Assembly (NCBI GenBank): GCA_948971535.1
Contig: CARFEX010000001.1
Coordinates: forward strand, 8,321 to 41,064
Length of the DNA: 32,744 nucleotides
Source: an uncultured Eubacteriales bacterium
GTDB lineage: Bacteria > Bacillota > Clostridia > Christensenellales > UBA1242
Direction of reading: 5' to 3'
Notes under the pieces: model-generated
Told to the model about the DNA's origin: nothing
Database searches by the model: none
What the model saw: only the letters and a program-made list of their open reading frames with translations
Part shown: positions 31,401 through 32,744 of the stretch, piece after piece
How the letters are laid out: each line of letters begins with the position of its first letter
Position numbering within the stretch: position 1 is the first letter of the stretch
Made by a program: the position numbers and the translations under genes

Positions 31401-32744
31401 AGTTATTGTAAAATCTGACATAGGGAATATATTATTTGTATAACCATTTTTCCAAGCCAAACTGAAATTTAAACCAATAGCTTCTTCATTTGCAATCCAA
31501 TCCAAATAGATATTGTTTACTGTATCATTGATTGTATCATTATCTAAATCAAAACTAAAGGCTTCTGTTCTATCTGCACTAGTATATGCTTTATTCAATT
31601 GATATCCAAGACGTGTTAAACTTGTTCTCTCTATTTTACTATCATAAGCAACTGTTAAATTTACAACTTTTTCACTTGGCTCACCATAACCATAATAGAT
31701 TTTTAAGTCAACATTCTTTTCTTCCCAATTAACAGTATAGTTTAAGCTTTCTGAAGATAAAGTTCCTTTAAAACCTTCTCTTATGAAATACACGTCATTA
31801 TTTTCCGCAAATCTATATTCTGTTGGAATACTAGTTCCATAAAGCGGATTTTGTACACTTAAAGAAGTTAATGTATCAACTTCTCCACCAAAAGTTGTCA
31901 GAGCAATTTTGATATTTTCATTTGCAAATGTAGCATCACCTTTCTTTTTAAAATTTCCTCCATTTGCATTAAACATTCCGATATAGCCAGGTGTATAAGA
32001 AGTAGAGTTGACTGTTATAGTATTGTCAACTTCCTCTTTAGTTGTATAATCAATATCAGTTCCATTTCTAGAAGAACCTCTAATTATCTTTGTAGAACTT
32101 TCAGTTGAACCGATAGTTTTGATATAATCGTCATTAGTAATATCAAAACAGTTCACAACTTCTGCGTTTGCACTCATTTGTCCTACAAGTTTACCAATTT
32201 TATTTGAGTCTGTGTTATGTATATCATATCGTCCACTTAAAACAATGTCGTTAATAGAACCTGTAACATTACCAAACAATCCTGAACCACTATTCGAAAC
32301 TGAAGAGGCTCTTGTTACAGTAACACCAGTTACAATTGCACCGTTACCATAAAAAATACCAGAATAAGGGAGAGATGCTGTACCAATAGGAGTCCAAAGC
32401 TTTGCAGAAAGGTCATAAGTTTCTCCAGCTTTCAAACTATAATTTGCTGATGCGAAGCTTGAGTCACCCATAACAATTTTATAAGCAACATAGGCAAGGT
32501 CGTCAGCAGTAGCTATTTCATTTATAGCCCCAGCGGAAGTATCCAATGTTATACTATAATCCAAAACCTCATTACCCCAAGAGTTTACTGGAGGATTATA
32601 TGGGTCAAAAAAACCGTCACTACTATAAGTATTTACATTGTCTTCAGAAGCAAAAACATCTTCTTCAAAATTTAAAGAAGTATTTTTGTTATTTATTCCA
32701 CCAGCAAAAGATGGAATTAATAGAAGACCTCCTCCCATAAAGAG
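13407..32744 (-). CDS. Giant surface protein (at least 6,443 aa; 5' end off-window) with C-terminal TM anchor; InlB-B-repeat(Flg_new)-like, MBG/YDG-like and GLUG-type modules
   Basis: A single open frame runs from the window edge to TAA at 13407. The first visible residues, ..LFMGGGLLLIPSFAGG, look like the end of a signal peptide. Repeated motifs of the form GY.F.GW...W occur (for example GFAFDKWATSNG..IGRW, RKGFKVIGWKNQ..IYPVWE, TITFDLNGEG..LYAVWRD). MBG-like modules occur (for example ITKTYDRTDA...GANYVIG..GIITAS). Composition is rich in N/T/S/V/G/E with only a handful of Cys residues. The C-terminus is a 25-aa hydrophobic helix followed by RRKRRKK. Confidence 0.9.
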   Translation of the reverse strand, partial: LFMGGGLLLIPSFAGGINNKNTSLNFEEDVFASEDNVNTYSSDGFFDPYNPPVNSWGNEVLDYSITLDTSAGAINEIATADDLAYVAYKIVMGDSSFASANYSLKAGETYDLSAKLWTPIGTASLPYSGIFYGNGAIVTGVTVTRASSVSNSGSGLFGNVTGSINDIVLSGRYDIHNTDSNKIGKLVGQMSANAEVVNCFDITNDDYIKTIGSTESSTKIIRGSSRNGTDIDYTTKEEVDNTITVNSTSYTPGYIGMFNANGGNFKKKGDATFANENIKIALTTFGGEVDTLTSLSVQNPLYGTSIPTEYRFAENNDVYFIREGFKGTLSSESLNYTVNWEEKNVDLKIYYGYGEPSEKVVNLTVAYDSKIERTSLTRLGYQLNKAYTSADRTEAFSFDLDNDTINDTVNNIYLDWIANEEAIGLNFSLAWKNGYTNNIFPMSDFTITAGEKNVNVAGKDESTVNNIFNSINLNDYKVEDQLVFNFTLKDGYTLAGATTGTNFENATILNEYNFSQNGIFGMFADSNIDSATPVKYKVEIGENNSYTVTFENIVATGEIIFIVEQKRDDIKVNFEGDKVEKIELSINSGATQTFVGNSLTELNNVLNFSLNTGDHFILKIIPNARYFILTPIISSNGENKFEITYEGSDGKYINQTFSRSQGSEYIASNEDEINISIQTKTKAMIFSSGEFGFVDGLKNDFIEGQTLGISSTENFDFIQSGSFQDWHIEPNADNSISFYIKHNKYYKTVSGSLILHKGNSISGEVIPHTEEVLKPSSEGYEYRVYKFANLTPGDNYFIDFKMQAIKYSLTQKRTLYGEEQTYEGIAYPVDEFIDYAIVYVASDTTKAPITEFLPGQPLKFELKFQTDPEKSYLAKFAKIMRINEAMFDIPLTRDPETCTFVSDEFSLDLTQDVIMPIDLKTMRLGYDFPHNNDIKTNVLVNNWNGAGNDSLILKDNIKWKLNSYTGNYPENDFRYNNFSCLNDVPQNFLDFMGLEENQFVFDIKTSYFSPNVIDKGYYIAGWRYTYGTHTFTTQINKNETQDMYFAENSVYSWKLFNSKEFLDEIGEIAKTTDEILLQITPIIRQKTVKIYGSHGNNISDNQKGLLTVDGGVNWGVENSDLTNQLVYYYNHEDNTANLSDFIKNIRRAGYAEASNWTILNENFDILNNQNLSYSNGLITIDARVWSENLIEENGYSVSIIMQPEFTDKLSYQISFKAPNGDAIDGSINLSIDALLNFVVNENDFSGIFNDSVQYLGRAGYTISGFEILGSKEGAKHAVITKDDQGKYAFTLDNSMFATLVANADYLTSGQIFNVQILDEANPYTITLLTDSKYEQVEGESSFEVIFDKAIGTIPFNVTRDGYKLVGFAETETKTIIDSETIYNYVGNINVYPVWERDLDNSFLTASLKANSGLYYIEREQEILAGEISATVAGEKVVYTGAGLVANGENISEISIVNEDETQVITSGLSLNRLNAGNYGPYKLKITISDSLSAGRGFEVERYSITSAPISATINANKIYLDSVDMETYYTGSESVAETENSNRGNIKFTHMTSESDAPLLSIANTRVTVVDASGKFDVKGSKVDNGISYPAKFTFRLTEQQAYNYGLTEQMPSSENTTSEYTIATSDADSNGGIYIVKLPIKLNVKNGAQQGFYLQDLLHKVVIGSTTATYGDKGDVIKDFDFSVQFDSVLTSSSLIGVYGQDEGKTFTVRNFQVTKNGNVVSSDNYTFEVVGTYEIVDSSIVANTFTYDVRYLVARNGNLDLQGGSLIDSYGNAQYMLSVKDAQGNLITDEQYSEFDENGGTLFTIIGNGTDRLAIAVRKNAGISFTITLSEKIADSRLSFLGFLDRDIVASWQEDSCSYIDNFVASAGREINLNLQGSEVDQSFLAVLTDVRQVKLYENKTNEHIINLTPKTFYLSSGDDAGIDIVDPDLANMEGFAFDKWATSNGLTASKVNGGKFNFNSTGGSTPVEAIGRWTLLNPEYTSKKNLFNDKASLIGDANANLVINLNDLFTFTNKNNNNNLIKYTYSWVDSEGNEFSTAESYDFGRKTTAINGNFTVKVTASYTDVNGASGNKQTTNSEDFTFEIAIQTRVISGTMVVETNPTDGLVYNNARQEGNVIIKLTVDGAGKDFILANNLVENSDIWFTIGGAGNEIKNAGTYTLTLNIDPTVYSGNVTAENVVVAPYTIILTADDVKSLTKVFGYRDPALEINYPINGESVKIKFNREAGESVGNKVLTVLDPENTNYKAVAKDGEGLFFVITAPTSKLQINLDKRLEYSYNGKAVASIDKVYFNSSTEAWFTTAGWYLQAKDVDGNILATTRVSLFHMIGENLNELETNIETILNEFNFNVVGASKNVGEYGIAVSLGVENATFPNGADFGGNIANDKAIKVNQAVITVSDIEKVFDEKNTFSWNSQKADANITVNVSGIVDGEEVVISGTLSQVNVGNTTVATIALGSGEVENNYLLADNKAEIVAKIVPSKIEITLDGANLSQEYGKINTINYNVSSTMADFIGLTLKNGEDTLAKINDYVSVYAVTIDGATNADNSLSDIFATASSSLKASENKYVVRFTLSSQNYTFGAEINESGTYTKEYELKIEVTKKDLSLSQTATVTKAFDGNANLPATHDNMQIGSTQAFAWIGSGLVGVDNVTVTGSYDSEQIGDRTLNLTFGGDGANYNIIGIPAGRIENAIFDFTAKFDTITFVDGEQPFEGNNSFRITYTGNNEKLVSDINDVDNFATRVGGGYTQTGWNFKFANEEGTEETLEVSNENVTALLKQVLANNNTLELLAIWEQQDKVITVKFDSTRGQIKNGEIAGNTFTTKYYNGEINLDVLAENGYYFKDFSVDNTENAIITSSGTNTKNGSLEITGVKDDITITVSFDYIIITITANDGEHAGATIVSGAWDTASKDFNVNTAGVTAKALLPQYELEDNTYNLKGWKITYDGLENPIVIDNTDTRSIWEIVGGNSILTNSRNVTATAIWESAPISFNINHENADIVSVSVGGENVNGTNAGANLTTYGVHFGDNVVITFSGKTGYKYSGNEFSGVVDKIIDAEKGKRENRVITLSGLKQHSSTLTLNMESIVVTINANANKQPYSTIDGNENVEFKIKVAELASTDTIGEELAKFATTKAGTYNQTAWKYESNSVAFTDTILDFINSTYASEKAVDAPSELDADFTFTNTLNAEWTPVQYTITFDLNGEGSFVDGATTTLVVDYGEPITGMPEVTHTGGKVNIWSTTQNGLGGSSYAEGDKLSTPAEGINVGATEATLTLYAVWRDAPYDVTISYGDHITAVYRGQTQIVNGNSTSILSGTSVTLDITLEGGYVIDTATLDTVNGAFAENENVVVNGNQITLNNITKPRTLTITAKPATYKLNINLRGEFEKVTGAQSDSEGNYYIEVEFNEAYSATDLANLVFTRAGYKPVSIKNKANDTIIATYNDVDKNWNVIGNPYTLTADSIIEVVWAEDYQNYLTITNKDEVNELVYNSEARIVATGNVEVDDAEFDLTSNTTFANGDSIENYYYARVEEDDTLTQFTADKTLTLSLKDVKDSGTYAFVIIVRDAITGEDYILRKDTNLITIVKAVMTWSQQNFNGYYTGTKAYVAVDASEDKGHALIDGKEISDATFNRVELTGNYNVGNDRSAKVYLNLTDEARKNFTDDCIGKDTYGYFILLEGSVTITKTPIEFEVTGAGLETGKTHQVSLSQAKTNSGVDLSEFAFSVTAQTTGNTGVQTQFTILDNTRIATLSGISVDVENFVWTASGTYTIETPATTYNLSAKKLTIDKTFAKVDGRFTISNLRYGDKEINIGNKNFFNYIEENNTLFTISGNGTDEIVVAMKEGVTVTFNVTVSGVTGLKLVAWSNEEAEATLAENMFEKLKTIEGVEANYKDNITVSANGKLTVVYTNVKYVKADFAHDSLIADYYVEVGGTAQTIARPDNDKVPGYWKGFEFAKWTTNSQGLEIEGDRLSAEAGTNILPATITANWEIALPVADGNKTINVVAEFGKKQTITLAEAIGNITNKANEGDLNYSYTWYDNNGNVMASTDAGQSVEIVKDFTAHGKYKVVITASKEGFTSKTTEVEFDVEVAKQKISVSTSANSGEYKHANFVGDINFDITIGTSTQTYTLAELLKKENFWFEISYKKNAEATSQEVNEIINAGIYTIAFNFDTTVYEIDSEYTTSFVVSKKVETISSIEGLVNNLYKFVGEEDPDPMTITKVFDFGDGNTESVVITVRRKDTSVNEIGFYEVEFVSADNDNYAISIAEGNTFFEIKRSEGRLEINILSPNAFTKSYNKQETKFGLVFDETENTWSLNAYNNGSDVVIATSKLDLTLRVGGKVEVLSGDKLKNVFTGITFTIGNVVNAGSYTISLDINNAYYPNSTITNATNFVITQADLTVSASKEFDATSDFTEDTDIVVSGLQGDDTITIIGKFDSAFAGERNLLDIAISAEETDNINNYNIASVGKGNITPSKETNISFAPTEKLDLVYGQIKQGMSISEILALIEYSLTIGGNYTTAIADGFVNLGGYEFEDSAKFSTGKYLASGEHTLKVTINSNNYQELIDGKTFVVNLKLGKVEISFAGTQGITKTYDRTDAIPTDFDRWIIDGALAGDVILVDKDATKFESANVGTHKVNVVLDLNSDGANYVIGDEGYPTGIITASTVTLVVDETALLGHDNIVNNDEEKINIYYRQFAIEYKDNNVASEVLANLRAPSRKGFKVIGWKNQVLSESGEVSYQEITKENILALLDQAYDNTNHTITIYPVWEIERYSLDITYNNAKATIAASGDTVKEENGKFKFDYFSDVKVSITGKDGYVFDSFEVTAGEIKGGTSSQGENTKKDGQISLNQIKSDVSLVVNMDTIKVTIKLDGNKPELVEDIIVSGNDWNLLEKEIAYVDTAEINAWSWLAKFSASQAGTYTHTGYSYTNGDITEAQTLKEILDRYNSDIVENFEIIFSAVWTGEEYEIVFNVTDGGTLVGENKITNIKFGDEIESVFPTATLTGKDFNWKTSEGKTFEQGSILDVIGEEKNGVWTLDLYTNWFDGTYSLTINIGDHIDVVRVGTVNVTSGDAFNLVYGNSLEISITPESGYKLSYNYSGDSIELAQNGNILTISNMPADRVLTINAVAQDNELTVTLHNAEIESVTGGTETNGIIQSKTGATVIVTIAPDAGYEFESGKTYLSTSGNGKFAEIVTNGKLVITWSDFRGGASVEASASAIKNKINFNNIPASVDAIYANGQRIEIKDASATFAIETDKDLTIKVVLKYGYKDIGFSSSNADIIVTPMTEQDVFDNDTKIFYREYSLTGIKAGTNITLSATEREYKVQAVSGDESMGTVTSDTNVITMMYGSSTTVSAKATDGYVFYGWFVGEISLSADENYNFEANETMKDYFENNLNEDGVLELVARFGVAERPVTIVNGSKGTLVYNFGNGEEFTLSENSKATGNVSFGNDLVVTISAYEGYETIVEFTLAGAIVDGSEWYDAQTNVITLPVSTSTPDTINISYEAREAYITVRGILEVALSRTYGVDDGGKIYLADKEGNLDNNASYLDPYPGEGFKVDGAHYRLLSETDATLYFIAKVNKGYKFYVDGDSQLEIREISRNKITENGKELEKVHFEVSKIKDNAKINGNFIAEYNQVNIRFRTEGGNVDIAAGKFVVDTTSPLVSATTGTSNAIINAVTTANVNIGINIGFNYQLVLDNSGNIKYYVNDENLKSLITTNIDEDGSSKWQQDGFIQKANLLISGIDRGGEIIIYVEPKTYNVALVNETETLYVFENIRYGSNLVITDEIREKIVASKPGFTFEGYFTKVLGMGNQYIDAKGNAISAWFENVYEWVSGSYKQVENYDKNTNTYSIYASWSFEKERLTIDFIPPELKDKTDINVRDIVTNLNKDTSWTDIDKKFYAEVLVGTEMTLQAYPFEGYKFIKWVVARDGVEDGLPHTDKNYTYIAGLGEVTITAVYEVEFSLTVNNKGGKASLVQEGKSATSEGSFDSTKEFTLVAEEHRGYKFVGWETLDGQPFGEKGEGETIEHNTPEGKYYTAIWRYKVPAGRVEPLNLVAVFEGDVVGVRIIDSAFAEHGKITYLEINGIVYTDGSEILREYEAKVGDIVKIKLSADYGYSVAWNEKYSLPQYVLDEDAYIYEIIADDIVGITGSIHENMIVLAPVATNKQISFKFNVNLKDGNINVEVAGTIIYRKPNGGTMTIVTDSETDKVPFGNTLYLDVALRANYRVETVALLANGSRYILDFNKDYIGYNSISKRIEIYTPALSNYKPDLTKPISIEINFARNIWTEVRSDRLEGKGSANKPFIISSEADLAYVAYMINTEENLAYAQAYYKLTRSLNLAGRFWEPIGIEQNPFDGVLDLGTNSIENIELYKTYEKPITSHNGLFHHITEHAQVLPTNNALIIGISVACGIIVLIILIVVIIILTRRKRRKKLEELANS
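13410..13529 (-). other. C-terminal transmembrane anchor (13455-13529) plus polybasic cytoplasmic tail (13410-13454)
   Basis: ALIIGISVACGIIVLIILIVVIIIL followed by TRRKRRKKLEELANS-stop. Confidence 0.8.
13545..13840 (-). other. C-terminal, membrane-proximal GLUG-type half-module of the giant protein
   Basis: GSANKPFIISSEADLAYVAYMINTEENLAYAQAYYKLTRSLNLAGRFWEPIGIEQNPFDGVLDLGTNSIENIELYK...HNGLFHHI. It shares the string DLAYVAY with the N-terminal module. Confidence 0.55.
17250..22334 (-). repeat. Super-repeat unit 2 (~1,700 codons, diverged and shorter) within the giant ORF
   Basis: Begins at VWAED (22335-22349). Recognisable colinearity with unit 1 fades after ..NELTVTLHNAEIESVTGG (~17290-17340). 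Confidence 0.6.
19325..19560 (-). other. Example MBG/YDG-type module
   Basis: LTVSASKEFDATSDFTEDTDIVVSGLQGDDTITIIGKFDSAFAGERNLLDIAIS...NNYNIASVGKGNITP. This fits the pattern l.v...k.YDGt......v.Gl..gD.v.......G......l.G.d..NY.l......I.p. Confidence 0.55.
22335..28568 (-). repeat. Super-repeat unit 1 (~2,070 codons) within the giant ORF
   Basis: Begins at VWERD (28554-28568). It is colinear with unit 2 through at least six anchor motifs (see findings). Confidence 0.65.
22900..23170 (-). other. Example Flg_new (Listeria-Bacteroides / InlB B-repeat)-like module
   Basis: YTITFDLNGEGSFVDGATTTLVVDYGEPITGMPEVTHTGGKVNIWSTTQNGLGGSSYAEGDKLSTP...ATLTLYAVWRD. Confidence 0.65.
32139..32531 (-). other. 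N-terminal GLUG-type module of the giant protein
   Basis: Residues ~70-200 read AINEIATADDLAYVAYKIVMGD..YSLKAGETYDLSAKLWTPIGTASLPYSGIFYGNGAIVTGVTV...GSGLFGNVTGSINDIVLSG. This fits the pattern I.t.eeL..la...y.L..DidL...W.PIG...F.G.fdGnG..I.nl....GLFG. Confidence 0.6.

Noticed and set aside
13535-32740. About 40 plus-strand ORFs of 60-158 aa lying antisense inside the giant gene (for example 22329..22805, 17424..17870, 23016..23390)
   Set aside because: All lie within the long minus-strand ORF. They are Cys/Phe/Ile/Ser/Asn-rich low-complexity translations and have no RBS context that I could see. Their sizes are what is expected by chance antisense to an AT-rich ORF with biased codon usage.
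1-32744. CRISPR arrays, IS elements, integrases or other mobile-element genes; a prfB-type programmed frameshift
   Set aside because: I found no regularly spaced direct repeats and no transposase or integrase-like ORF in any frame of the track. The release factor present is RF1 (PxT context with an intact single frame), which has no programmed frameshift.

Overview
This is an AT-rich chromosomal segment using the standard genetic code. It most likely comes from an endospore-forming Bacillota, because spoIIE and cwlD are both present. The left ~13.4 kb is a mostly minus-strand run of housekeeping and sporulation genes separated by clear rho-independent hairpins. In order these are a partial NUDIX hydrolase, a decayed MazG-like pseudogene, a 3' tRNA-Ser(UGA) fragment, a GNAT-like protein, tilS, spoIIE, gmk, a small ferritin-like protein (+), cwlD, a CPCC/zinc-ribbon protein (+), a membrane-anchored hypothetical, prfA, and a DUF1385-like::PrmC fusion. 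The right ~19.3 kb (about 59% of the window) is one uninterrupted minus-strand ORF of at least 6,443 codons that is still open at the window edge. It encodes a giant surface protein with a C-terminal membrane anchor, built from InlB-B-repeat (Flg_new)-like and MBG/YDG-like beta modules. GLUG-type modules sit at both ends, and the body contains an ancient tandem duplication of a ~2,000-residue super-module. This giant gene is the best candidate for something new. Also worth a second look are a 99-nt GC-rich element (7019-7117) that folds into a perfect four-way junction between two divergent promoters, the DUF1385::PrmC fusion whose DUF1385 signature residues appear substituted, and the orphan tRNA-Ser 3' half next to decayed genes (a possible old integration scar). 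All family assignments come from motif recognition by eye; no searches were run.
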